Below are positions 34,231 to 43,617 of a DNA stretch of 64,000 bases, one piece after another. Source of the stretch: Prevotella sp. CAG:1031 (GTDB lineage: Bacteria > Bacteroidota > Bacteroidia > Bacteroidales > Muribaculaceae); contig HF985561.1 in NCBI GenBank assembly GCA_000431215.1, forward strand, positions 39,125-103,124. The letters are read 5' to 3'. Position 1 is the first letter of the stretch; every line of letters starts with the position of its first letter. The position numbers and the translations under genes were made by a program. Under the pieces are notes generated by a model, which saw only the letters and a program-made list of their open reading frames with translations, did no database searches and was not told the DNA's origin.

Positions 34231-34476
34231 GGGGACAGTGGTTAGGGGGTGGTGGAAGAGTTGGTGGTTATGAAAAGTGTGTTATTATGTTTCTCGCCCA
34301 TTCTCGGGCTCTTCTATAGTGGGGCTTATATTGACAACACACCGTCGCCTCCGCCTTGCAGGCGGACCGGCGCGGTGGTTATTGCCTTGGGGGAGAGGGA
34401 TGTTTTTCTGCGCGGATCCGGCGCCCCGCGCCGGATGTCCGCTGCCGTCGAATCAGACGGCAAGGATGGGCCCGCC

Positions 34477-34566
34477 TTACTTCTTCTTATGACGGTTCTT
34501 GCGCAAACGTTTTTTACGTTTGTGAGTGGCCATCTTGTGGCCTTTTCTTTTCTTTCCGCTGGGCAT
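34477..34566 (-). CDS. 29-aa ultra-basic peptide, candidate ribosomal protein bS22-like
   Basis: not in ORF track (<60 aa). Minus-strand ATG..TAA encodes MPSGKKRKGHKMATHKRKKRLRKNRHKKK (16 K/R of 29). Resembles mycobacterial bS22 (MGSVIKKRRKRM..KKHRKLL..R...RK). Located between rng and hup. Confidence 0.45.
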   Translation of the reverse strand: MPSGKKRKGHKMATHKRKKRLRKNRHKKK

Positions 34567-34617
34567 TGTTGTTGCTTGGGTTAGAGGTTGGACTTCAGGT
34601 TTTAAGCGCTAAGGATA

Positions 34618-34890
34618 TTAGCGGACATCTTCCATGAACACTTTAGCGGGCTTGAAAGCGGGGATTTTGTGTTCAGGGATGGTGATGGTGGTATTCTTCG
34701 AGATATTGCGGGCAGTCTTGGCGGAACGAACCTTGATGATGAAGCTGCCGAAGCCACGGAGATAGACGTTTTCGCCATGAGCCAGCGAATCCTTAACGAC
34801 TTCCATGAACTTTTCGATAGTGTCGAGCACATTGGCGCGGTCGATACCGGTAGACTTTGAAATCTCGTTTACAATGTCGGCTTTTGTCAT
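34618..34890 (-). CDS. hup: HU-family nucleoid DNA-binding protein
   Basis: 90 aa; MTKADIVNEISKSTGI...GFGSF...ARNISKNTTITIPEHKIPAFKPAK. Confidence 0.8.
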   Translation of the reverse strand: MTKADIVNEISKSTGIDRANVLDTIEKFMEVVKDSLAHGENVYLRGFGSFIIKVRSAKTARNISKNTTITIPEHKIPAFKPAKVFMEDVR

Positions 34891-35068
34891 TGTGATAATA
34901 TTTGAGGTTTGGTTAACGAATCAAAATAACAGCGCCCCTGAGGCAGGGCGTTTTTCGGGTGCAAATATCGTAATTTTTTTCGTAACTGCCGAATTTAGAG
35001 CGAAATTTTTTCGAATAAAGTTCAAATCGGGGCTCTTTGAACAGGCGGTTACTATATAGAACAAGGTG

Positions 35069-35755
35069 TCAGGCGGCGGGGGTGACGGCCTCGATCGTCT
35101 TCAGACGCCTGACAACGATACGCGTCAGCGGGAGCACTGCGACTTCATAGGCGGTTTTCAGCAGTGCCTGGCTCACCATAAGACCTACCAGCGTCGAGGC
35201 ATCGACAACTCCGGCGAAAGCTATCGGAAAGAACACCAGCGAGTCGACCCCTTCACCCCATAATGTCGACACTATGGCGCGCAGCGAGAACGAACCGCGG
35301 CCGCGCTCTTCGGCGCGACGCTTCATCCGGCTCATAACCCAGGCATTGACCATCGAACCGGCAAGGAAAGCGGCGAAACTGGCGGCAAGGATTCGTGGGA
35401 CGGCTCCGAAAACTGTCTCCATAGCCGCTTGTCCTTCCCACCCTTCGATTCCTGGCAGCAGAAGCCCGATCTGAAGCAGGATGCTGACAAGCAGGTTCAT
35501 GGCGAATCCGAGCCAAATCACGAACCTGGCCTTGTCGAAGCCATAGACTTCGACAAGGCAGTCATTGATAATATATGAGATCGGAAAGACAATCATTCCG
35601 GCAGTAAGGGTGACGCCGCCGAGCGGCACCACCTTTATCTCCATCAGATTGGCCACGATAAGGCAAACACAGAACAGCACTGTCATAACTGTGAATGTCA
35701 GGCTGACCGGCTTGCGCATATTCGATGAGAACCTGTTCATAGGTTTATTCGGCAA
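35069..35755 (-). CDS. yhhQ: queuosine-precursor transporter (YhhQ/VUT family, DUF165)
   Basis: 6-7 TM helices; conserved PISYIINDCLVEVYG and FLAGSMVNAWVM segments; alternative starts at M6/M13 possible. Confidence 0.7.
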   Translation of the reverse strand: MPNKPMNRFSSNMRKPVSLTFTVMTVLFCVCLIVANLMEIKVVPLGGVTLTAGMIVFPISYIINDCLVEVYGFDKARFVIWLGFAMNLLVSILLQIGLLLPGIEGWEGQAAMETVFGAVPRILAASFAAFLAGSMVNAWVMSRMKRRAEERGRGSFSLRAIVSTLWGEGVDSLVFFPIAFAGVVDASTLVGLMVSQALLKTAYEVAVLPLTRIVVRRLKTIEAVTPAA

Positions 35756-38297
35756 TTCGGTTCAGGGTCTGGAGCAATCGGTCGGCAAGCCCTATCGAAT
35801 AACCCTGCGACGAGAACACGACTCGATTGAATGTATCAGCGATAACGAAGATCGGACGCTCAGACTCGTGGGCGCTGAGGCGCAGATTCTCAATGAGTTC
35901 TTTGGTTATGGCGCCGTCTATATCCGTTCCGAAAACAACGTTCGACGGCAGTCCGGGATAAGCTCGGGCGTTGAAGCGCGACATCTCGTCGGCGTCGGCG
36001 AAGAGAAGCACAATCTTGCGCCCCGTCGCCTCAAGGCGGTCGGCCAGGGCTGTCATTTCGTTGAGAGCGTGGGCCGAAGGCTCATGGTTGGGACGTATGA
36101 TACCGAGCACATAGTAACCGCGGCCTGTTGTCGACAGCAGGCTCTTCTCTGACTTCGCGGCGGCATCACTGTAGAGATTCTCGGAGTTGAACGAGCCGAT
36201 GACCTGCACTTCGCTGTTGTCATACCTGACGACAAGCGGACGGGTGACAACCGAATCGGCCGGGACCTCGAAAATATCGGTCCGGGTCATAACCGAGCCG
36301 TCGGCCAGACGCTGCCCGGTGACGAGCATATATCGCCCGGCATCGAGCGAGATGCCGTCGGCATTCAGCTGCGAGGCGGGAGCGGCTTCGTCGAATTCAA
36401 GAAGCTGCGGAACGCCATTTTCGATTTTTGAGAGCGCGAACTGCATATAATATTGCGGATCGACAATATGTCCGACGGGGTTCACTTCGAGCACGAGCTT
36501 TCCTTTGGGGGTCGCCGATGTCTTGGGCGCAGCAAAAAGAGCGTCAATCCAGTCACTGTCGCCGACAGCATACTGAGGCTTGCCCGTCACCGGGTCGACG
36601 CGCGAAGGTATGCCAAGGCTTCGGGCCATAGCGACAAAGAGAATTGCGCGCGAGCGTCCGTCGGCTATCCGGTTTTTATAAGCGGCACGCGGGTCTATGC
36701 GGTTACCGGTGCGGTTCCAGACGGTATCGACTGCAATCTCCCGGCCTATCCACTCGACAAGCGCCGCCGGATCGGCCTTGAAGCGGCTCTTGTCGGCACT
36801 CGGGATGGCCTTGGCAAAGAAAGCCTTGAAAGGAGTCAGTCCTTCTGTCTCGATTCGCGGATTCATAATATAGGCGTCAAAAAGAGGCGAGCCGGTTTCG
36901 GCGGTGGCAAGCGCGTCGGCGAGAACTTCGCGCGACACATCGCGCCTGTCTTTCTCACTTATGGCTTCAAGCAGCCGGATGGCTTTGCCGCGGTCGGCCG
37001 AAGGGGTAGACCGCAGGAAATCGGTTATCATGGCGTGATTGCCTCGCGACTCCACAAGGATTCGTTCAAGGGGCGCTCTGTCAACTCCGAGCTCGTAAGC
37101 AAGGAGAGCAGCAAACTCCGGCGTGGCGAACGTCGAGACGTAGGCGTTGCGGATAGAGTCTTCGCGGGCGAACCGTATGTCGTTGGCCCGGCGCTGCGCG
37201 GCGGTGGGCGTCGGGAGCGAGGCCGACGGAGCGGGAGGTGTCAGATTGAACTCATCGACACCGGTATAATCTTCATCGCGATTGAGAACAACAATGACAT
37301 CATCACCCGGGCGTCCCTTGACATAACCGAACCTGCGGCCGTCGGAAGCCCAGATAAGCATCTCCCCTATTCCGGTTGTGAGCTGAGCGTGACCGGCGGC
37401 ATCAGTGGTTTTCACTGCGGTCGGATAGAATTCGGCATAGTTATAGAGGCAGAAACGCACCTGAGCGCCGTTCACCGGCTTCCCAGAAATATCTGTGACC
37501 TTCACTTTCAGGGGTGCCACCGGAGCATAATTGGCAGTCACATTGATAACCGTAGAAGCAGGCTGACGGTCGAGCACCTCTTCGGGGCCGTCATAGTCTC
37601 CGAACACTTTGGTAGTCATCAGCATACCGCGTGAGGCGGGCGCGTTGAACCATGCGAGATCGAGAATCGGTTCAGGCTCGCATGCGCCGAGAAAATGCCA
37701 GCGGCCGTTGGCCCATGCCTCGACCCAGGCATGATTGTCGTCGGTATGGGCCCAACGCGGAGTGTAGACCTGACGCGCAGGGATGCCGACCGCGCGCAGA
37801 GCAGCCACAGCGAACGTAGATTCTTCGCCACAGCGTCCGATGGCCTGACTGACCGAACTGAGCGGAGAACTCGTACGGCCGTCGGATGGACGGTATGTCA
37901 CCTTTTCATGGCACCAGTGGTTCACTTCCAGAATCGCATCTTCGATAGAAAGTCCGCCGACACGCTGACGCAGTTCGGCATAGAAAGCCGGACGCGACAT
38001 ATCGAGATTCTCGTTGTTGACGCGCACAGGCAGAACGAAATGGCGGAATTCGCGTTCAGGCACCGAGGCGCCCCACGGCATCTCGCGGCGCGCTTTCAGC
38101 GACGCTCTGACATTCTCCAGGAAAAACTCGGGCGGATAGCCTATGCGGTCAGACGTGGGCAGATAACTGTAGAGGAACTCCATGGCGGAGCGCTCTTCGG
38201 GATTCATTTCGAGTCGGCCGAAATCGGGAGCCGGACGTCCGGCTTCAGCTGTCAGTATCGCAAACAGAGCGATAAAATATGTCAGTGTCTGTTTCAT
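35745..38297 (-). CDS. secreted transglutaminase-like cysteine-protease superfamily protein
   Basis: 850 aa, signal peptide; transglutaminase core with Cys (GRCGEESTFAVAALRAVGIPARQVYTPRWAH...DNHAWVEAW: Cys-His-Asp arrangement). Confidence 0.65.
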   Translation of the reverse strand: MKQTLTYFIALFAILTAEAGRPAPDFGRLEMNPEERSAMEFLYSYLPTSDRIGYPPEFFLENVRASLKARREMPWGASVPEREFRHFVLPVRVNNENLDMSRPAFYAELRQRVGGLSIEDAILEVNHWCHEKVTYRPSDGRTSSPLSSVSQAIGRCGEESTFAVAALRAVGIPARQVYTPRWAHTDDNHAWVEAWANGRWHFLGACEPEPILDLAWFNAPASRGMLMTTKVFGDYDGPEEVLDRQPASTVINVTANYAPVAPLKVKVTDISGKPVNGAQVRFCLYNYAEFYPTAVKTTDAAGHAQLTTGIGEMLIWASDGRRFGYVKGRPGDDVIVVLNRDEDYTGVDEFNLTPPAPSASLPTPTAAQRRANDIRFAREDSIRNAYVSTFATPEFAALLAYELGVDRAPLERILVESRGNHAMITDFLRSTPSADRGKAIRLLEAISEKDRRDVSREVLADALATAETGSPLFDAYIMNPRIETEGLTPFKAFFAKAIPSADKSRFKADPAALVEWIGREIAVDTVWNRTGNRIDPRAAYKNRIADGRSRAILFVAMARSLGIPSRVDPVTGKPQYAVGDSDWIDALFAAPKTSATPKGKLVLEVNPVGHIVDPQYYMQFALSKIENGVPQLLEFDEAAPASQLNADGISLDAGRYMLVTGQRLADGSVMTRTDIFEVPADSVVTRPLVVRYDNSEVQVIGSFNSENLYSDAAAKSEKSLLSTTGRGYYVLGIIRPNHEPSAHALNEMTALADRLEATGRKIVLLFADADEMSRFNARAYPGLPSNVVFGTDIDGAITKELIENLRLSAHESERPIFVIADTFNRVVFSSQGYSIGLADRLLQTLNRIAE

Positions 38298-39034
38298 TAT
38301 TCTAATGCTTTTATTATGGCGGCCACCCGCGAGGCGTCGGTAGTCGCGCGTGAATATTCGTCGGTATCGGGAGTGCCCATGCTGACATCGGCACGCCGAA
38401 AACGCATTGCCGAACCTACGGTGTGCTTTGCCGACGCATGAAGCTCTTCAACACCGGTCAGCCTCACTATATCACGGCAGTTTTCGGCAGTGACACCACC
38501 ACCGGCAAGAATTATTATCTTTCCGTCGGCATCTTCGACGAGCCGACGAATAAGCGCCGCCCCCTCAAGGGCTGAAGCTGCCTGTCCGGAAGTCAGAACC
38601 CTGCGGCATCCGAGGGCTATCAGATCGTCGAGCGCCTTGCGCGGGTCGCGACAAAGGTCGAACGCACGGTGAAACGTGAGCGGCCGGCCGTCGGCTACAG
38701 CCATAAACCGCCTCATGACGTCGATGTCGACATCGCCGTCGGCGGTAAGCGCGCCGACAACTATGCCGTCGGCCCCGGCGGCAACGGCGTCGGTAATCTC
38801 GGCTTCCATCTGAGCCACCTCGTCGGCGCTGTAGAGGAAATCGCCGCTGCGCGGGCGTATCAGCACATTGACAGCCGGGCCTCCGGCGTCAACAGCCATG
38901 CGCGTCATTGCCGGCGTCGGCGTGAGACCTCCTTCGGTCAGGGCCGAACAAAGCTCTATGCGTGCGGCCCCCGCGCTACGGGCTGCGCCGACACTGGCTA
39001 TATCGCCGCAACACACTTCGAGAAGAACGCTCAT
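38297..39034 (-). CDS. cutC: copper homeostasis protein CutC family
   Basis: MSVLLEVCCGDIASVGAARSAGAARIELCSALTEGGLTPT... canonical CutC N-terminal signature. Confidence 0.8.
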   Translation of the reverse strand: MSVLLEVCCGDIASVGAARSAGAARIELCSALTEGGLTPTPAMTRMAVDAGGPAVNVLIRPRSGDFLYSADEVAQMEAEITDAVAAGADGIVVGALTADGDVDIDVMRRFMAVADGRPLTFHRAFDLCRDPRKALDDLIALGCRRVLTSGQAASALEGAALIRRLVEDADGKIIILAGGGVTAENCRDIVRLTGVEELHASAKHTVGSAMRFRRADVSMGTPDTDEYSRATTDASRVAAIIKALE

Positions 39035-40326
39035 CTTACGGTAAGCTCAACGATATTGTCAATATCTTCGGTGAGTTCGGGAAGATGGAGTGTGACACTA
39101 TCTTTCGAACGAGAGAATTTGACCTTTGTGCCGTCGGCGAACATCTTCGCGTGCCAGACGCTGAAACCCTCGGTAGGAATCACAATATCTTTCGATTCGG
39201 GATTGAGGACATGGATAAACAGGCGTTCCCCTTTGCGGGTCGCGGTTCCCCAGGGCTGTTCGGCAAACGGAGAGCCTTCGGTTCCGTAGATCGTCTCGCC
39301 GTGGGCTCTCATCCATTCTCCTATTTCGCGAAGACGTTCGAGCGCCATTGCCGGGAGCTCGCCATTGGGCTGCGGGCCTATGTTCAGCAGCAGGTTGGCA
39401 CCTTTTCCGGCCGTCTTAACCAGATAGTGGACAAGTGTGCGCGTATCTTTATAATCTGTATCCTCGATACGGAAGCCCCACATTCCGTTCATGGTGTCAC
39501 AAGTTTCGAGAGGCAGCTGGCTTATAGCCTGTCCCGAAAGTCCGGCCGTGTTCTCGCCCGGCATATCGCGTTCGAAAATCTGTATGTCCTCCCCTTCGAA
39601 AGGCGCCTGATGATGGTTGTTACCTACCAGACATCCCGGCTGAAGGCTGTGGATAAGAGCGTATTGCTGAGGCAACTGCCAGTTGAAAGGAACTGAATCC
39701 TGATCGTGGTCCCACCATCCGTCGAACCATATTGCGCGAATCGGGCCATAGCCTGTCAGCAGTTCGCTGAGCTGACGGTTCATGAAAGCATAGTAGTGAG
39801 GCCAGTCGCTCTTCAGGCTGTCTTTGCCGGTCGTGCGGCCGGTTCGCCCTGCCGGATAGTCATCGCGCCCCCAGTCAATATGAGAATAATAGAGATGGAG
39901 CTTAAGGTCGTTTTTCTGACAGGCCTCCGACAGTTCTTTCAGCACATCGCGCTTGAACGGCGTGGCGTCGACGATATTGTAGTCCGACTCCTTGGTGCCG
40001 AACATCGAGAACCCGTCGTGATGGCGCGTCGTGAAGCAGATATATCGTGCGCCTGAATCCTTGATAGCTTGTGCCCAGGCTTCGGCATCGAAATCGGCCG
40101 GATAGAAAGCGCGGGCCGTCTTGGCATATTCGCTCTGCAGAGGTCCGTAATTCAGATACCACTCACCACGGGCAAACATGCTGTAAATGCCCCAGTGGAT
40201 GAATATGCCGAAGCGGTCAGCGGCAAACTCTTTGCGTGATTCCAAAACCTGAGGTGACGCTACATACTCGGCCGAAGCCGGCAGAAGCATCAAAGCCGTC
40301 AATACTGATAGGATTAATCTTTTCAT
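39031..40326 (-). CDS. alpha-L-fucosidase (GH29), secreted
   Basis: signal peptide; FGIFIHWGIYS, HHDGFSMF, WFDGWWD motifs of GH29. Confidence 0.75.
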   Translation of the reverse strand: MKRLILSVLTALMLLPASAEYVASPQVLESRKEFAADRFGIFIHWGIYSMFARGEWYLNYGPLQSEYAKTARAFYPADFDAEAWAQAIKDSGARYICFTTRHHDGFSMFGTKESDYNIVDATPFKRDVLKELSEACQKNDLKLHLYYSHIDWGRDDYPAGRTGRTTGKDSLKSDWPHYYAFMNRQLSELLTGYGPIRAIWFDGWWDHDQDSVPFNWQLPQQYALIHSLQPGCLVGNNHHQAPFEGEDIQIFERDMPGENTAGLSGQAISQLPLETCDTMNGMWGFRIEDTDYKDTRTLVHYLVKTAGKGANLLLNIGPQPNGELPAMALERLREIGEWMRAHGETIYGTEGSPFAEQPWGTATRKGERLFIHVLNPESKDIVIPTEGFSVWHAKMFADGTKVKFSRSKDSVTLHLPELTEDIDNIVELTVR

Positions 40327-40349
40327 GGATCGATAATTGGTTTACCGCG

Positions 40350-40357
40350 CAAAGATA
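40350..40357 (-). promoter_or_regulatory. candidate -7 element (TATCTTTG on minus strand) for fucosidase gene
   Basis: plus-strand CAAAGATA 24 nt upstream of start codon at 40326. Confidence 0.3.
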
Positions 40358-40422
40358 CTACGAAATCCCGTGCGATGCAAGCCTTTTGCCGCCGCCGGGT
40401 TGGAGGTTAACGCGCTTTGGAG

Positions 40423-40430
40423 TATCTTTG
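40423..40430 (+). promoter_or_regulatory. candidate -7 element TATCTTTG for umuDC (near-leaderless)
   Basis: exact TAnnTTTG ending 8 nt before the umuD ATG at 40439. Confidence 0.35.
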
Positions 40431-40438
40431 CATTACTT

Positions 40439-40897
40439 ATGAGCACAAACGTCAAAATATTCCGGCCCGACACGTCGACAGAACTGCCTCTTATCTACGC
40501 CGACGGCGGCATCCGCGCCGGCTTTCCGTCGCCGGCCCAGGACTACATATCCGAAACAATCGACCTCAACAAAGACCTCATATCCAATCCGGCGTCGACT
40601 TTCTACGGCCGTGTCGTCGGCGACTCCATGATCGAGGAAGGCATCACCGAGGGCGATATTCTTGTGATCGACCGCTCGGTCGAGCCTGAGAACGACGATC
40701 TGGCCGTCTGCTGTCTCGACGGCGAATTCACGCTGAAGCGAATCCATATCTCCGACGACGGCCATATTCAGCTCGTTCCGAGCAACCGCCGTTACCGCCC
40801 TATCGACGTCGATGAAGGCGACGAACTTATAATCTGGGGCGTCGTAATCTATACCATCAAGGCCAACCGCCGTCCGCGCTTCGGCCATAGGTTCTGA
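40439..40897 (+). CDS. umuD: UmuD-like S24 peptidase (translesion polymerase accessory / LexA-like autopeptidase)
   Basis: 152 aa; AGFPSPAQDYISETIDLN, GDSM (Ser), TLKR (Lys) align with E. coli UmuD cleavage/catalytic regions. Confidence 0.75.
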   Translation: MSTNVKIFRPDTSTELPLIYADGGIRAGFPSPAQDYISETIDLNKDLISNPASTFYGRVVGDSMIEEGITEGDILVIDRSVEPENDDLAVCCLDGEFTLKRIHISDDGHIQLVPSNRRYRPIDVDEGDELIIWGVVIYTIKANRRPRFGHRF

Positions 40898-40923
40898 GCT
40901 GACATCCTCCAAAACCGACACCC

Positions 40924-42207
40924 ATGTATGCTCTTGTCGACTGCAACAACTTCTTTGTTTCCTGCGAGCGCGTTTTCCGCCCCGAACTCGAAGGAAAGCC
41001 GGTCGTTGTCCTGAGCAACAACGACGGGTGTGCGGTGTCGATGAGCAACGAGGCCAAGGCTCTCGGCATAAAGCGCGGCTCCCCCTATTTCAGATTCCGC
41101 GACCTCGCCGAGGCCAACGGCGTCGTATGCCTCTCGGGGAACCACCGCCTCTACGGCGACATGTCGCGCCGCGTGATGCTCACTCTCAAAGCCCATGTCG
41201 AAGACCTCGAAGTCTATTCCATCGACGAGGCATTCATGGCCCTCGGCAAAGAAATCGGAGAATATGACGGATTCGGCCGCTATCTCGTCAGGCGCGTTCG
41301 CCGCGACACAGGCATCCCCGTCAGCATCGGCATAGCCCCGACAAAAACTCTCGCAAAAGCGGCTGCCCGATTTGCTAAAAAATATAAGGGATACAAGGGC
41401 GCCTGCCTCATCGACAGCGATGAGAAAAGACGGAAGGCTCTCTCGCTTACATGGATAGGCGACGTGTGGGGAATCGGCCGGCGCAACTGCCGCCGCCTTA
41501 TTGAATACGGAATCGACACTGCGCTGAAATTCGCCGACCTGCCCCGTCAGCAGGCCGAGTCGCTGTTCAACGTCGTCGGCGTCAGAACATGGCGCGAGCT
41601 CAACGGCGAGCCGTGCATTGAGCGTGAGATCCGCGACCACAGGAAGTCGATCTCATCGACGCGCACCTTCGCCTCGGAGCTCCACACTTTCGAGGAACTG
41701 CGTCAGGCTATAGCCGGATTCATCAGCATAGCCGCCCGCAAACTGCGCGAAGACGACGGTTTCGCCGACCGCCTGTCGGTTTTCCTCTGCACAAACCCGT
41801 TCCACGAGCGCGACCCGCAATATTTCAACGAAGCGTCGGCCTCGCTCCAGTTCGCGACCAACGACACCGGTCTGCTGCTCGAAGCGGCGCTCGATGCCCT
41901 CAGAAAGATTTTCCGCGACGGTTTCGGATATAAAAGAGCCGGCGTAACACTGACCCACATTACGCCGCGCGAAGGCACCCAGCAGAGCCTCTTCGCCGAC
42001 ACCGACGCACTGCGCAAGCGCGAACGGCTGATGCGCATTGTCGACGCCATAAACGCCTCGCCGAAATCCGCCAACACCGTTACAATCGCTGCCGCCGGCG
42101 CCGGTCTCGACCCGCTCGTGCGCCGCGAGAAGCAGTCGCGCCTCTACACCACCCGCATCTCCGACATCTTCGAAATCCACACCCCCGGCCGTATTATTCC
42201 CGATTAA
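40924..42207 (+). CDS. umuC: Y-family translesion DNA polymerase (UmuC-like)
   Basis: [36 protein letters not shown]...SIDEAF... palm/fingers motifs of Y-family polymerases; 427 aa. Confidence 0.8.
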   Translation: MYALVDCNNFFVSCERVFRPELEGKPVVVLSNNDGCAVSMSNEAKALGIKRGSPYFRFRDLAEANGVVCLSGNHRLYGDMSRRVMLTLKAHVEDLEVYSIDEAFMALGKEIGEYDGFGRYLVRRVRRDTGIPVSIGIAPTKTLAKAAARFAKKYKGYKGACLIDSDEKRRKALSLTWIGDVWGIGRRNCRRLIEYGIDTALKFADLPRQQAESLFNVVGVRTWRELNGEPCIEREIRDHRKSISSTRTFASELHTFEELRQAIAGFISIAARKLREDDGFADRLSVFLCTNPFHERDPQYFNEASASLQFATNDTGLLLEAALDALRKIFRDGFGYKRAGVTLTHITPREGTQQSLFADTDALRKRERLMRIVDAINASPKSANTVTIAAAGAGLDPLVRREKQSRLYTTRISDIFEIHTPGRIIPD

Positions 42208-42250
42208 TCTCGAATTATCCTGATTAATCCCGATTAATCCTGAATAATTT
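42191..42250. repeat. six tandem imperfect 10-bp units (consensus YGATTAATCC)
   Basis: gtattattcc cgattaatct cgaattatcc tgattaatcc cgattaatcc tgaataattt in exact 10-nt register; spans umuC stop codon and precedes a -7 promoter motif. Confidence 0.6.
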
Positions 42251-42251
42251 G

Positions 42252-42259
42252 TATCTTTG
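42252..42259 (+). promoter_or_regulatory. candidate -7 element TATCTTTG for aminopeptidase/aminotransferase operon
   Basis: exact TAnnTTTG 10 nt upstream of first ATG (42270). Confidence 0.35.
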
Positions 42260-42269
42260 CGGCAAGGCC

Positions 42270-43595
42270 ATGAGCCCCGTTAACAGATTTAGAATGATTA
42301 TGAGCGAGAATGTGAACAAGCTGATGGCGTTCCTCGACGCCTCACCGGTAAATTTCCTGGCTGTGAAGACAGCCGAGAGCCTGCTGCAGGCCAATGGCTT
42401 CAAGCCTCTCGACAAGCGCGACGCATGGGTTCTTCAGCCCGGCGACCGCCGCTATATCGTGAAGAACTCGAGCGCTCTGATGGCGTTTGTTGTCGGCCAC
42501 GGCGGTTCCGAAGCCGGATTCCACATTATCTCGGCTCACAGCGATTCGCCCGGCTTCCGCATCAAGCCCCGGGCCGAGATGACAGGCGACGGCGGCGTAG
42601 TACGGCTCAACACCGAGGTCTATGGCGGCCCGATTCTCTATACCTGGTTCGACCGTCCGCTGTCGATAGCCGGGCGTGTGGTGCTCCGCAGCTCCGACCC
42701 GCTCAATCCGCTGACGACGACCGTAGATTTCCGCCGGCCGCTGCTGACGATACCCCATCTGGCAATCCATTTCAACCGTGCCGTCAACGACGGATACAAG
42801 CTTTCTCGCCAGAAAGACATGATGCCCGTTCTTGGCTACATAAAAGACTGTGCCGAGGCCGACGGCCTACTGCTGCGTCTCGTGGCCGACGAACTCGGAG
42901 TCGACCGCAAGGAGATTCTCGACTTCGATCTCAGTCTCTACGACACCACCCCGGCTTGCCTCGTCGGCCTTCACAACGAGTTCATAACATCAGGGCGTCT
43001 CGACGACCTTTCGATGGTTCACGCCGCCCTGACGGCGCTGACCGCCGAAGCCGACACCCACACGGCTGCCACGCGCGTCTGCGCCATCTTCGACAACGAA
43101 GAGACTGGTTCGGGAACGAAACAGGGCGCCGCTTCGCCTCTGCTGGCCGACCTGCTGCAGCGCATCAATTTCTGCCTCGGAGGCAATGAGGAAACATATC
43201 TGCGCGGAGTCGACGCCTCGTTCATGGTGTCGGCCGACAATGCCCACGGCGTCCATCCGAACTATGTCGAGAAGCAGGATCCCACGAATCATCCCGTTCT
43301 CGGCGGAGGCCCGACTATAAAGATCAACGCCAACTGCAAGTATATGACCGACGCCGAATCGGCCGCGGTATTCGCCGAAGTTTGCCGCCTCGCCGACGTC
43401 CCCTGCCAGTATTTCGTCAACCACAGCGATGTTGCCGGCGGCTCGACCTTAGGAAATATCCTGACAGGCCAGATTGATCTTCGCGGAGTCGACATGGGAG
43501 CCGCAATATGGGCCATGCACTCGTGCCGCGAAACAGCCTCGGCCATCGACCACGACTATATTATCGCGGCCTTCTCTAAATTCATGACCTTATAA
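42270..43595 (+). CDS. M18-family aminopeptidase (aspartyl aminopeptidase-like)
   Basis: HSDSPGFRIKP, metal-binding His/Asp/Glu pattern of M18/M42 fold. Start at 42270, downstream of the promoter motif (ORF-track 42249 start would overlap the motif). Alternative ATGs at 42294 and 42300. Confidence 0.7.
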   Translation: MSPVNRFRMIMSENVNKLMAFLDASPVNFLAVKTAESLLQANGFKPLDKRDAWVLQPGDRRYIVKNSSALMAFVVGHGGSEAGFHIISAHSDSPGFRIKPRAEMTGDGGVVRLNTEVYGGPILYTWFDRPLSIAGRVVLRSSDPLNPLTTTVDFRRPLLTIPHLAIHFNRAVNDGYKLSRQKDMMPVLGYIKDCAEADGLLLRLVADELGVDRKEILDFDLSLYDTTPACLVGLHNEFITSGRLDDLSMVHAALTALTAEADTHTAATRVCAIFDNEETGSGTKQGAASPLLADLLQRINFCLGGNEETYLRGVDASFMVSADNAHGVHPNYVEKQDPTNHPVLGGGPTIKINANCKYMTDAESAAVFAEVCRLADVPCQYFVNHSDVAGGSTLGNILTGQIDLRGVDMGAAIWAMHSCRETASAIDHDYIIAAFSKFMTL

Positions 43596-43617
43596 TCCAA
43601 CACCAAAAAATATTGCA

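Noticed and set aside
32557-34245. 562-aa plus-strand ORF antisense to rng
   Set aside because: Same reasoning; RNase G on the minus strand has clear catalytic motifs.
34931-34960. Weak hairpin (5-bp GC stem plus T5) between hup and yhhQ
   Set aside because: Stem too short to call a terminator confidently and genes on both sides are on the minus strand; left unannotated.
36453-37634. 393-aa plus-strand ORF antisense to the transglutaminase-like gene
   Set aside because: Antisense artefact in GC-rich coding DNA.
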